64,000 bases of DNA from Amoebidium appalachense (lineage: Eukaryota; Protista; Ichthyosporea). Below are positions 1-55,149 of this stretch, one piece after another. The stretch lies in NCBI GenBank assembly GCA_963693365.1, contig CAVNZM010000004.1:8717093-8781092 (forward strand), read 5' to 3'. A program made the position numbers and the translations under genes. Under the pieces are notes generated by a model. The model was not told the DNA's origin. It worked only from the letters and a program-made list of their open reading frames with translations, and ran no database searches. How positions within the stretch are numbered: position 1 is the first letter of the stretch; the number at the start of each line of letters is the position of its first letter.

Positions 1-1464
1 TATAAGCATAGAGGCACACGTGGGGACCCGAGAAGACACACAACCACACATACACGCACGCACCACACACGCGTGCACACAAACATAAAAACACACATGC
101 GCGCACACACACAGAGAGAGACCCAGACACAGTGACACACACACACAAAGACACACAGAGGCACACAACCGCACACATGCACCAAAAGAATGTACGCAGC
201 TCTCTACACGTGCTGGAACACACGAGTAAGCGTGTGCGCACCAACACGCACGCACACATAGACAACACACACACACACAAATCCACTTACCACTTGACCG
301 TGTGTTGCCTGTGGGGTATTCCGAGTTCCACCAGAGGAGTCCAAACCCCTCACGATAACTAAAACGTGCGTTTTGAATTGACTTGTAGGACCCAAAAAGA
401 AAAGCACGCTGGTATTATCACGTTCTTGCACTCTATCCGCCCCCTTGATCTCCTAGATGTAAGATGCTATGTGTGGCCTTTTCACACACGGTTTATGAAA
501 CTGTTACAACACTAAGTAGTTCCCAGAAGCCATCAGCTGATGTCTCAAGCACAACGAAAGCAAGGCTGGCAGCGTAAAACGGCGATTAGTAACGAAACGC
601 CCTTCAGCTATGTTTTCTATATTTTCTGCTTTTTTCCTTGTTGTATTCCTCTATTCTTCTTTTTGCGAGCTCCTGCAAAAGCCTGAAGGATTTTTTTCTG
701 ATCAGGAGAATCACGGGTGCGCGGGTTCGTTTGGCGCTGGGCGACCGCTAAGACATTGGAATGCAATAATATGCGATCACGAAACAATTTTAGCTCCAAT
801 CGATTAGGCAAAGTTTCTGGGTTTGATTGGTGAATCTTAATAATTACGATTGTATTTTGTTGCAAATTATGATGTAGGGCTTGACCAAGGGTGGCCGGTC
901 ATCAACATTACGCTGTAGGTAACTAAACAGTTGAAACGAAGATTAGCGACGTATACTATAGTTCGATATATATATATCTAAATATTTATCTTGTTGGTGG
1001 GAGTACTGTTGGCCTTGGTGCCTGCACCACAACAACGGCTTCACAGCTCACAAGCATGTTTAAAATAAACAGCAAACCCCTTCCCTCCCCCCCTTCTCCC
1101 CCCAACCCCCTCTCCCCGTCTCTTCCTCCCTCCCCCCCCTTTCGGGTTATCTAACCTAAAAGCAGAGGTATAAGGTTGGTTCTGGGCTGCTATTTGCTGA
1201 TACAAATTCAAAATAAAAAAAAGAAAAGGAAAAAAAGCAACGTAGGCCTAAGGGAAAAGTTGACACACTTTATACTGACCGTGTGCTATAGGGTATGGAG
1301 GTCCATTGCAATAAGCCAAGATGTAAGATCTGGCAATCTTTAACGCGGTGGCAAATGTGTATGCAAATTGAAGCGAAAACACCCACAACACCATTCACAC
1401 AAGTAAAAACACACACGTAACAAATCAACAGCAGATGCACAACAAAAAGGCTTAGCGCGATGAG

Positions 1465-1802
<338 letters not shown>

Positions 1803-2767
1803 CGAGTGACACGCACAAACTGGTTATCAACTAGCTGTATGCAAAGGTAAAGGCCTCCATTTATTGCCCAACCTGATCAAGTCCATCGAAAACCCCAAGG
1901 AGGTGTGTTTTCTTGCAGTTTTTATGGAATGTGCTTGTAAGTCTCATTGCTCACAGCACTGTGGCATTGCGTCATTAGTCTACTGGCAGTGCTTTGACAG
2001 ACCGAAGCTAATATGAGTAAATGCCACGTATTACTGATAGACTGTTGCCAACATGAAGCTCAATTTGAGCTTCATGCCATGATGTGCGTGCCTGGCTCAC
2101 TGACTCAGTAGTGAGACCCATCCCCACAATGCATGACCTTTAAGAGCATCCCCACACGGCGAACAACCCGCCACTGCCCTCCCCATCCCCTCCCAGAATT
2201 ACATGTGGTCTTGGCAATGATACCCACCCACTCACCCACCCACAGGCCACCCACCCACACAACAGACTATTCTGGAGGTCTTATTCCCCCCAAGTTCTTT
2301 CCCTCCCAAATTCCCTCTTTTCCCCTGTAGTTCTGTACGTTGTAGTCTACTGAGGTATGTCAAATTATATGGGATCTCCACCGTGAGTCGTACGCTGTGG
2401 GTAAAAATCCAGGCGGTCGGACTTACCCCCTGCCCCTATACACCAGCTCCCCCTCCTCCCCCCCTTAACCCCCTAAAAAGCTCAGTATTTATCGGAAATG
2501 ACGCGAGCTGAGAGACTTAACCTTCGTTGTGCGAATTGGCGCACAAGTTCTTCGCTCGGGCAAAATATTGTTTATTCTGCCGTCATTCATGGCTCCCATG
2601 GATCATCATCAGCGAAACTATCAAAATCATATTCTGTAGTTATAGAAGCATTCGGTTTAGTATCCCCCTTCCAACACCGTGGTAGCAAACAATAACAGTC
2701 ACAACTATGTACTTTAAGAGTCAAAAGACTCCACAACTTAGTGAAAAACTAACTTAGCTAAACAACA

Positions 2768-4702
2768 TTACATATGGGACTTGCGCATATCGAACGAGCT
2801 CGCACTCTGGTGCTGAGGGATAATGTTGACGTTGGAGCTGAAAGCCGGCTGGCTGAGCACGGCCTCCTTCTCCTGTTGCTTCTTGTTGCGGCGCCACAGG
2901 AAGAAGCCGACACCGGCGCAGCAGCAGCAGCAGCAGACCAGCAACACGGCCACCACAGCGGCAATAATGATCGTCATGTTGCTGCCGGAGCTGGGTGCGG
3001 CCGCACCGGCGGGCTGGTTGGCGGCAGCAAGGTCGGATGCCGTGTACTTGGCACCGAACCCGCCCTCGGTAGTCAGCTCCCCGGAGTCACGGCGCACATA
3101 CTGCACGTCACGGCGGCGGCGGCGCTGCGAGCCGTCAAGGTAGTCGACAAGCACGGTCCACGTGAGCGTGACGTTATTGCTGGTGGTGGTGGCGGCGGCA
3201 CAGGTCAGCGCAGCCGTGACGGGGATGGGCATCTGGATCTCGTTGGGCTGCACAGTGCTGACAAATGCCTGTGTGAGTGTGGTGATGTCCTGGTATGGTG
3301 CAGTGTACGGCGTGCAGTCGCCATCGGACGTGCGGGTGAATGCAGTGACATCGGCATCGTTCAGGCCCACACCGGTGGCGTTGGTCCAAATGCGGATGGA
3401 CCAGTAGGACATGGCCCCAAGGTCGAAGACGGACGTGGGGCGGTTGGTGGCGTAGGTGGTGTCCTCACGGAGAACAACATCGAGGGTGAACAGGGCCGAG
3501 AGGTTGAACTCGGTGACATTGCAGAAGTTGTTGGTGCTGATGAAGAACTCGATGTCGGCAAAGTTGGACAGCATGTTGGGGCAGGTGCCGGCGCTCATGC
3601 TGCTCGGCTGGCAGCCGATGGGCACGTTGAGGGCCTTGTACTGGCCCGTCAGGTCGCAAGTGGTGATGTTGAACTCGATGGTGCTGTTGCAAATATCATT
3701 GGCAGCAAGGTTGTTGCAGCCCGCGCCCAAAACCCAGGAACTGGCGTTGGTGGACGGGATGTTCATGTTGGTCATGTTGAGAGTGCCGTTAGCTCCACCC
3801 TGGATGGTGTAGGGAGACGGCAAGTTGACGGTGATGATGATGGTGGACGTGTTGACGCCGTCGACCTCCTTGACGCCCAGCTTGGTGATGACGGCCTGCA
3901 GGTCGGCCTGGGGGTAGTTGACGGTGATGGTGGCCGACACCGTGCCCTCGCGGTTGATCTGCACACGCAGCTTGGCAATGGCATTGCCGTCGCGCTTCAC
4001 GGGCACACGCAGGTTCTTGGTGAGACTGATCTTGTCCACATACTCCTTCATCATGGCCTCCACATCCGCAAGGTACTTGACGAACTTGGGGTCGGAGGCC
4101 TTGTCAACATCAACCTTGCAATTCCCGAGCTTGTCGAAGGCAACATCGAAGAAGACGGAGGCCTTGCAACTGTCACCGTACAGCACCCAGTTGTAGCCGG
4201 ACATCTTGGGGGAGGCAGTCGCAGGGCCATCGGTCAGGTACGTGCAGTCGGCAAACGACACGTCCGTGACATAGCGGGTGTTGTACCAGTATCCGAGGTC
4301 GGCCTCGAGCATGACCTTGTTGTTTTGGATCCGGGGGTTACGGATGGCCAGCGAGAAGTTGGCCTGCAGGGCAAACGGCTCGGCAAGGTCACAGAAGGTG
4401 CCTGCTGTGCGGTGCTGGAACTTGAGGTCCTGGATCTCAACTTTGAGGTTGGGCTTGGTCATAAGGAATACATGCGCGACATCAGCGGCAGGGACGAGAA
4501 TAGCCCCGGCCTCACCCTTGATAATCATGTCATGAGGAACATTGATTGTTGAAGCGATTGGATGGTTACCAGATTGGAAAATGATTTCAGAACCTGCTGC
4601 TGCTGTTGTAATCGCCGTGACAGCATTGTCACCAGGGGCAATGTTCACTATGGCAGCGGACGCCACAGAGGCGAGCGCAAAAAGAGAGGCTATAGCCTTC
4701 AT
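2768..4702 (-). CDS. Intronless type-I membrane protein (644 aa): signal peptide, beta-helix-like N-terminus, Cys-containing ZP-like ectodomain, polybasic furin-type site, TM helix with a poly-Cys run
   Basis: Single long ORF with strong G/C bias at third codon positions. N-terminal MKAIASLFALASVASA signal peptide; RRRRRDVQYVRRD before an Ala/Ser/Pro linker; TM IIIAAVVAVLLVCCCCCCAGVGFFLW followed by RRNKK. The ZP assignment is by motif resemblance only. Confidence 0.92.
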   Translation of the reverse strand: MKAIASLFALASVASAAIVNIAPGDNAVTAITTAAAGSEIIFQSGNHPIASTINVPHDMIIKGEAGAILVPAADVAHVFLMTKPNLKVEIQDLKFQHRTAGTFCDLAEPFALQANFSLAIRNPRIQNNKVMLEADLGYWYNTRYVTDVSFADCTYLTDGPATASPKMSGYNWVLYGDSCKASVFFDVAFDKLGNCKVDVDKASDPKFVKYLADVEAMMKEYVDKISLTKNLRVPVKRDGNAIAKLRVQINREGTVSATITVNYPQADLQAVITKLGVKEVDGVNTSTIIITVNLPSPYTIQGGANGTLNMTNMNIPSTNASSWVLGAGCNNLAANDICNSTIEFNITTCDLTGQYKALNVPIGCQPSSMSAGTCPNMLSNFADIEFFISTNNFCNVTEFNLSALFTLDVVLREDTTYATNRPTSVFDLGAMSYWSIRIWTNATGVGLNDADVTAFTRTSDGDCTPYTAPYQDITTLTQAFVSTVQPNEIQMPIPVTAALTCAAATTTSNNVTLTWTVLVDYLDGSQRRRRRDVQYVRRDSGELTTEGGFGAKYTASDLAAANQPAGAAAPSSGSNMTIIIAAVVAVLLVCCCCCCAGVGFFLWRRNKKQQEKEAVLSQPAFSSNVNIIPQHQSASSFDMRKSHM

Positions 4703-5683
4703 GATTGTTTTGTTACTCTCAGTCTACGCCCGATGGTGCATGAAAATACGGTAAAACAGATATGCATGTGGATGGGGTCAGGCAGACTGAGCTGTCATCG
4801 GCCGTCTGTTGGGCTATAAAGGCCGCAGTCAAATATTTCTTGATCGCTTTTTTTATTTGATTGGATAGCTTTATTGACTTATATCAAATGGAGCATGCGG
4901 CTGCATGCCAAAGAGTTGTGTGGTCATTGTCGAGCTACACGGATCTGTACGTATTAAAAAAAAAACCTCAACCATTGAGGGTAATAGAAATCCTGTTTAA
5001 TGAAATTTTAAGTTATCTTTTTTACAGTAATAGTGGAAGAGGATCGAGAAGGAAACGCAAGCTATCTGTTCTATGGTATTTACTATGCTCTGCACACCTC
5101 AATTGTGATCCAATGACATGCGCACTATTTGATAAACATTGCGCGTTATCGGGCCGACTCTGAGATTCAACAGAATCCTGGAGTTGAGCTCGCGCCTGTA
5201 ACTACGCCAACCTTATAGGTATATTAGCTGGGTATAATAAATGCATTTTCGGGCTCCCCAATGCGTTTATTATGTAAACTGAATATGCAGTTTCAGATAG
5301 CATCAGAGCATAAAGACTTTTAGCGGACAGGTCGAACTGCTCCGAAACGTGAAAACGCTGCGGAGTCACCGGCCACATTTTATGCCATTTATCATTTTTG
5401 CAACGATCCCCCCAAGCAAATTCGAATGCTGGCAAATGTAACAGTGACTCGTTCGGAGTCGTTCGAATTCCTTTCTAGATCTTCTCACACACACGTACAC
5501 ACGCACGCGCGCGCGCGCCGGGGCTCCCCCCTCTCTCCCTCTCCCCCCCCCCCTCTCTGTCTACCTCTCTCTGTGCCTCTCGGTCCCTCTCTCAAGCTTG
5601 GAGAATTCCTCTCTCCTCTCTCTTTCTCTCTCTCTAGAGATCTCTCCAGAACTCACACCCACACACACCCACACCCACACACA

Positions 5684-6565
<882 letters not shown>

Positions 6566-7789
6566 CCCCGGTCCGTATCTCTTGGCATTCAAGTTTCTCT
6601 ACTGTGGACATATCATCCCTCTCAGGCTGGCCCATGGTCATCTCTGCCAATCCCCCCCCCGCGGTCGGCTCTCTCTCTCTCTCGCTCGATCTCTCTCTCT
6701 CTCTCCTCCCCCCCCCCCCCCCCCCCCCCCCCCCCGCCCGGGCCCCCTCGGCCCCCCTCGGAGTCCCTTCCGGCCCCTAGCTACGCCTAGGCTATCCCCC
6801 CTTCCCCCCCCCTTTCCCCAATATTATAAAGCGAATGCCAAGCAGAAAGACAATCAAGGGCAAAAAAGGCTTGGTTCTCTTGGAGATCGCAAGGATTTTC
6901 CCTTTTCAGAAGAAGGGTCTAGATCTCCCGGTGACACTTGTCTCCCTCTGTCGACTGTCTCCCTCGAGAAATTTTTCTCAATTTTCAAGTTATTGTCTTC
7001 TCAGTATGCCGTGCATCCTTGCATATCTTTCCGTCGAATCAATCCAGTCAAAAGAAAAAAAAATTTCAAGTGCCTTGTAATCCCCCTCCCCAAGAAGCGA
7101 TCTCATGCTACATTCCAGACGTGCCATTGGAGCACAATAGGTTTGGTCTTGGGCTGGCAGGCATTCTAAGCCCTTTCAAAAATGGGCCCGTCTGCCCGTG
7201 GCACTGGCACGTCGAACCCCTTTAGCTCGTTTTATTTCTTTTTATTGTTAAGGTTATAATTATGCATATTGCTTTATGGTCCTTGGTTCTTTTTTTCTCG
7301 CTCGAGATAATGATAGATTCAGTTGATCACAGATGATCCCAAATTTTTAAAAGAGACCGAGCTGTGTGAGCGGCCCGTCTGAATATTATAATCGCCGTCC
7401 TGCCAGGGAAACTACACAAACACTTTCTGAAGGAAAGGCCTTGCAGTTAGTGAAACATTTATTATGATAAATAATATTCAAGTATTTACCTGTTTTATGT
7501 ATGAACTGCTACCAGGGTACGTACAGTCCACTAATGCTAACGGAACGGTCATTACAGTCAGCCTGGGTCACTCTGATCAAGGCCGATCGATATCGGATTT
7601 TTTCCGAAGCTAACGCTGCCTACACAAGTTACTACTTGTGAGGAGTGAATGATGGGTTTATCTTAGCTGAGCACACACATAGCAACCTAACTAGTGTACT
7701 GTCGTTGCTTTGTGGTAGGCGGTAGTTTCCCTGCTGCAAAGGTCCTCCAGGAACACAACGTGATAAAATAAAATAAAGTAAAATTTTAC

Positions 7790-8403
7790 AATGTGTGTGT
7801 GTGTGTATGTGGTTCCCGGTGTCACGGTGCACGGTGTGTTCCCCCCCCTCCCCCCTCCCCTTCCCCCTCTTTTCTGTGGGGCCAGGATCCTTTTTCTGGG
7901 CTGCAGGAGGGCTTTTTGGGGGGGGGGGGGGGGGGGGGGGAATGAAAGTGGGGGGGGAGGGGGGGGGGGGGGGGGGGGGGGGGTTGTGGCCATGATGTGT
8001 GCATGTGTCTGTGAGTTTCGGGACTTTGTGTTCGTTTGTCATTGGGTGTGTTTGTGTGCGTTTTGTGCGTGGTGTTGCACGTGTGCATCACAATGTGTGT
8101 GTGTGACACTGTGTCTCCATGTTACGGTGCATGGTGTGTGTGTGTGTGTGTGCTTGCCACACTCCCCCCCCTCCCCCCCCCCCCCCCCCCCCCCCCCCCC
8201 CACCACCACCACCACCGCCACCACCACCCACCACCACCACCACCCGGTGACCACCACAAAAAAAAAAAAAAAAAAAAAAAAAAACTCAAACGGCTCAGAA
8301 AAAGGAACCACCACAGGACGGAGGGGGGGGGGGGGGGGGGGGAAGAAGGGGGAAGAAAAAAACTTTGAACAAACCTCACACGGCTCAGGAAAAGGAACCA
8401 CAC

Positions 8404-8462
<59 letters not shown>

Positions 8463-8723
8463 GCTGGCTGGGAGCTGTGCGGAAAGGTGTGCATATGTCT
8501 GTGTGTGCGTTTGGATTTTGTGTTCGTTTGTCACTGTGTGTGTTTGTGTGTGTGTGTGTGTTGTGTGTGTGTGTGTGCACGTGTGTGTATCACAATGTGT
8601 GTGTGTGTGTGTGTGTGGCTATGTGTCACGGTGCACGGTGTGTGTGTGTCCCCCCCCCCTCCCCCCCCCCCCCCCCCTTTCCCCTGTGGGTCCTTTTCTT
8701 GGGCTGAGGGGTTTTCTTTTTTA

Positions 8724-8762
<39 letters not shown>

Positions 8763-9660
8763 AAGGGGAGGGGGGGGGGGGGGGGGGGGGGCGTGCCAAA
8801 ATGTGTGCACTGTCTGTGTGTACATTTAGATTTTGTGTTCGTTCGTTTTTGTTTGTGTGTGTGGTGTGCGTGGTGTGCACGTGTGTATCACAGTGTGTGT
8901 GTGTGTGTCACGTGTGTGTCTCCATAGTACGATGCACGGTGTGTGTGTGTGTGTGTGTGTGTGTGCACCACCCCTCCCCCCCCCCCCCCCCCCCCCCCAC
9001 CACCACCACACACCGTGACACACACACAAACAAAAAAAAAAAAAAAAAAAAAAAACTCACGCAGCCCAGAAAAAGGAACCACAGGATTAGGGGGGGGGGG
9101 GGGGGGGGGCACTCTGGGGGCTGTGCAAAAATGTGTGCATATGTCTGTGTGTGTGTTTGGATTTTTTATTCGTTTGTCACTGGGTGTGTTTGTGTGTGTG
9201 TGGTGTGTGTGTGTGTGTGCAAGTGTGTGTATCACAAGGTGTGTGTGTGTGTGTGTTGCTCTGTGTCACGGTGCACGGTGTACATGTGTGTGTTTCCCCC
9301 CCACCTCCCCCTCCCCCCCCCCCCCTTTCCCCCCTGTCCCCCTGTCCTGTGAGTCCTTTTCTGGGCTGCTGGATTTTTTTTTTTTGGTGGGGGGGGCCGG
9401 ATGGGGGGGGGTTGGGGGGGGTTGGGGGGGGGGGGGGGGGGGGAGGGGTAGGTATGCGAAAGTGTGTCCATGTGTCTGTGTGTACATTTGGGTTTTGTGT
9501 TCGTTTGTCACTGGGTATGTTTGTGTGTGTGTGGTGTGTGTGTGCACGTGTGCATCACAATGTGTGTGTGTGTGTGTGTGTCCATGGTACGGTGCGCGGT
9601 GTGTGTGTGTGTGTGTGCCCCACCTCCCCCCCCCCCCCCCCCCCCCCCTCAACCACCACC
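7790..9660. repeat. Degenerate tandem satellite, ~6 units of ~300-500 bp, each: GTCACGGTGCACGG / poly-C / core / poly-G / TTTTGTGTTCGTTTGTCA / ATCACAATG
   Basis: The motifs gtcacggtgcacggtg, tttgtgttcgtttgtca and tgcacgtgtg.atcacaa recur near 7820, 8030, 8120, 8520, 8625, 8835, 9170, 9265 and 9495. Confidence 0.85.
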
Positions 9661-9663
9661 ACC

Positions 9664-9664
<1 letters not shown>

Positions 9665-9694
<30 letters not shown>

Positions 9695-9705
9695 GAGCGT
9701 GTCAC

Positions 9706-9762
<57 letters not shown>

Positions 9763-9787
9763 AGAGAGAGAGAGAGAGAGAGAGAGC

Positions 9788-9839
<52 letters not shown>

Positions 9840-9945
9840 CAGAGAGAGAGAGTGAGAGTGAGAGTGAGAGAGAGGAGTGAGAGAGAGAGAGAGACTGAGA
9901 TAAGTGAGAGAGACTAAGAGAAAAAGAGAGAAAGAGAGAGAGAGT
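9665..9945. repeat. (GA)n/(GT)n compound microsatellite
   Basis: Direct reading. Confidence 0.95.
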
Positions 9946-10262
9946 CAAATTAATCAACGATTACCGAGCCTCGCCTTCGTTAAACTTTCTACCACACCGG
10001 GAGCCGTTTTTTTTTTTTTTAATGGAGTGGAGAAAGAGTATAACTAATATATTAGTCGAGTCGGACCGAGTCAATCTCCGGAACCGTCGATCTTTATTGG
10101 GACCTGAAGGCGACTTACAAAGACTGCCACTACCAGTATTAATCCGAGGTAATATTTCATTGGATTCAAACACACCGCGACTGGCTAAGTTGAACTGTCA
10201 CCTTTGCAAATATGGGATACATTGTTGTCCTCGGTGATGTATTCCTGAAAGTTTGTGTGCCT

Positions 10263-10298
<36 letters not shown>

Positions 10299-10862
10299 AC
10301 CACCACCACCACCATTCCCCCCCCTGGCCTTTTCGTTAAGAACATACACACACATCATACCCGATCTATTTGCCCCTACGGTGTTCAACAACAACCCTTG
10401 CAAGGCCCACGTGACCCATAGTCTTGTTATATGCAATACGAGAATTCGATTGCCACGGTTAGGTATTACTAATAGACTAAGTTACAGTTTTTTCATTCTG
10501 CTATTATTATATGAGCTGCGTGGCCGCCACGGTGAAAGGCACGAAATCGCCTGGCCATGTAACAATTACGCTATCACTTATGATTAGGTCATCATCTAAG
10601 TAGTGCCGTAACAATAAAGCACCATTTATGCACTTATAAGTTAATTCGTGAAGCAGCCTCTCTCATTAAAGTAATGCGGCCGGGCCCCCCACCAATTCTT
10701 AAGCTTCTCAGTCACATCATCACGGCCCACGGTGCATCTAGTTTGGCCATATAAAGCACGATATTGTCATGATCCCAGTAGTCAAACGCAAGGAAGTTAC
10801 TGCTGAGTTGATGCAAAGTTTTCACTCCGGCAAGAACCATGGGCAACTTGCAAGCATTATAC

Positions 10863-37674
<26,812 letters not shown>

Positions 37675-38440
37675 TGTCCTCAAGTGCTATACTATTACAA
37701 TATGATTGTATTTGCGTGTCCTATTTTCACTGTTGAAAACTTCGAAAAACAAGATGTAAAAAGTGTTTGTTTACGCCAAACGCAGGTCTGACTGTGAGTG
37801 TTTGTTTATTGGGGATGGGGATTTTATAGTGGTCTAAGAAGCGGCAAAGGCGAAATTCATTAGCAGCGGTTTGATTGGTGATTCGCTTTGAGGTTGGATC
37901 AGAGTCCCCCATAGATTCTTGGGAGAGTCTAGAAGTTCGCCCAGATCGCTTTGGACGGCCAATAATAGTCATATAGTGACTACAATGTAATAACTATTAA
38001 CAAATAAGCCAAAAATGCAGGAAGTCTTGCTTCTAGGTGAAAATTACTTTTTTGGGTATACTGAGTGAAGTCTTTTCCTAGCAAACCTGTCTCCGCTAGA
38101 TCAAGTTGGATAGTCCAAGATATTCTGCCGTGCTCTTGTTTGTTGATGTTCTATGAGCGAATCGTAATTTAGTGCGCGAAGGATTCAGCCATTACGGCGA
38201 GAGTATGAAACGGGGGCAAAAAAGAATGCAAAACAGGGCTTCTAACTCGTTTCATTGGTTAAATACTCTATTCGTAAGCTAATCATATTGAAAACAAGTC
38301 ACGTGCTAAATACGCTGGTGCATTCTACACCAATCAAACTACGTGGCTTAGCCACACGCCAACGGTCAACCTCCAGATCTGGCTCAACTGCAGCACCACA
38401 GCAGCAGCAGTCCGAGTTTGCATGTGTGGGTGTGGGTGTG

Positions 38441-38478
<38 letters not shown>

Positions 38479-38864
38479 GTAATGGGTGGTAAGTGATAAA
38501 TTGGGAGTGTATGGATTTGAAGATAAAAATGTGCTTCTTACTGTAACATAATCCATCACTTCTAAACCTCCGGCGTTATAACTCATACGTATACGCATGA
38601 TCAAAATATATATTGTGCTATATAGGTACACTAGCCTAAAGAAGTCACTCGAAGCAGAGAGGGCTCAAGAATATTCGCGGACCTACTAACCGGTCCCATG
38701 CAGCAAATGGTACGGTTGTCATTTATAGCTAACGCCGGCGCACGAGTTACCCAAGCCTCCCGAGGACGCAGGGAGCAGGGCAAACCAGAACCGCTTATGA
38801 TGCGTGTACAGTACTGAACGTCTGGCAGGCACTGCTCCGGCCAGGGTGGGGGGAGAAAGAGGGT

Positions 38865-38911
38865 CAGAGAGCGAGAGAGAGAGAAGAGAGAGAAGAAGAG
38901 TACGAGCTCGA

Positions 38912-38970
<59 letters not shown>
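38865..38970. repeat. (GA)n microsatellite
   Basis: Direct reading. Confidence 0.9.
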
Positions 38971-38974
<4 letters not shown>

Positions 38975-39784
38975 GGGGGGGGGGGGGGAAGAGGAGATCG
39001 ATGAGAGAGGAGGAGGAGAGCGAAGGGAGGGGGGGGGAAGGATCCGGAAGAGAGCTCGAGAGGGAGTCTCAGAGAAAAAGAGGGAGGGAGAGCCTCGGTT
39101 AGCTCGACAGAGAGGCGTAGAGCGGCTTAGAAAGACTCTTCTATTAGACTGAATTGCCTGAGAGTGTGTGTGCACAGATGCGTACACAGTAATGTGTTAG
39201 TGAGGGGTGTCACGCGCGTACGGTATGCGCACATACATGTTATATACATGCATGTGTGACTAGTCCAGGTGTGCATGCATGCACGTCACGTGTGCGCGTG
39301 CGCACTTCCACGTGCACATGTATCTACAATGGCATGTATTTTTGTGCCAAACGTGTAGCTGCAGCTGCAGCCCACATACACGTACCTTTCAGATCAAGAT
39401 CCTGTGCCCTCCAAATCTTGGGCTGTCAGAGCTAGCTGGCCGACATATATATTCCATGCTCAGAGCCCACAAATTTGAATTTACCACCGATATCACAGGT
39501 ACATAGCCCAAATTATATAAGTAGTTCATTTTACATGCATGATGCGGGGAAACAGTAAAGCACACGTGTAAGGGTGCATTGAGCACCATATGTGTGGTAA
39601 GCCAAATATGCCCGTACTTTTAAGTACATTCCCATTCCCTGGGCCACCATATATTTGTATTATTGCTGCTTGTTTGGGAATCGCATCATTTATAGTAGCA
39701 GCAAAGCCTGTGAATTAATGAACTAAAACGCTAACAAACCACCCAAGTGCACCCCACACCTGTATTTTGGGCTCAGCAGGCAAG

Positions 39785-39842
<58 letters not shown>

Positions 39843-40549
39843 ATCCTCCTCATGACCATCACCACAGTAGTCACACACACACACACCAAACACCATCCAA
39901 ACCACGCACACAAACTTGAAAAACAGAGTCTTCCAGATAGGAAAATATTGTCAAGGACCAGGCAAAAAAGAGAATCAATATTTTGAACAGCGTCAAACAC
40001 GCTTTTCACACATATATTTCATATGACTAGACAATGTATCTACAATCAGTATATTCAGAAGTTCAACACGGAACACAATAGTAAAAAACGAAATGATCCC
40101 GAGTCAACACAAACAACACCACACTACACCATTCCTCACACTTGATTCATTGGACACTAACCTAACAGCCAAACCCGTGACCATACATCAATTTCAACTG
40201 ATTCCGGTTGCCCCATATTGAAAATGTTCACCCGAAATACAATATATCCACACTGATATTCACCAGCCTGTGCCACATTTCATTTTCCAGCGAAATACCC
40301 CCCCCCCCCCCTTCCCGCCTAGACGCCGCAGCCAGGGGAAAAGGAAACTAAGAATACATCATCACATAATTGCATTCTAGAGGTTCTGCAATTCACATGT
40401 ATGAGTTTTTTGTGCTAGTCCCACCTATCTATCACTTGCCCATATAACCATTTGGAATACCCAGTAAGGCTTGTGCCTCCATCCGTCAAAAAGAAAAGCA
40501 TACATATCCCACACGCAAACTCTCACGCCACACGGATATCTACCACCAA

Positions 40550-40587
<38 letters not shown>

Positions 40588-40696
40588 ACCCACCCACACA
40601 CCTACATATCCGATGACACGAATATCCACCGCCAGCATCATTTTTACCCCCCTCCCCCCTCCCCCATCTACTGGTCATATCCCACGCCAGGTATAT

Positions 40697-55149
<14,453 letters not shown>

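Noticed and set aside
2774-4552. 592-aa plus-strand ORF antisense to the 644-aa gene
   Set aside because: Shadow ORF expected from high GC3 on the opposite strand; no recognisable motifs.
4812-4821. TATAAA upstream of the 644-aa gene
   Set aside because: It is on the plus strand, the wrong orientation for this minus-strand gene.
6850-7225. Possible Mutator-type transposase relic on the minus strand (..PKTKPIVLQWHVW..)
   Set aside because: Multiple stops and only a vague resemblance; needs tblastx or HMM support.
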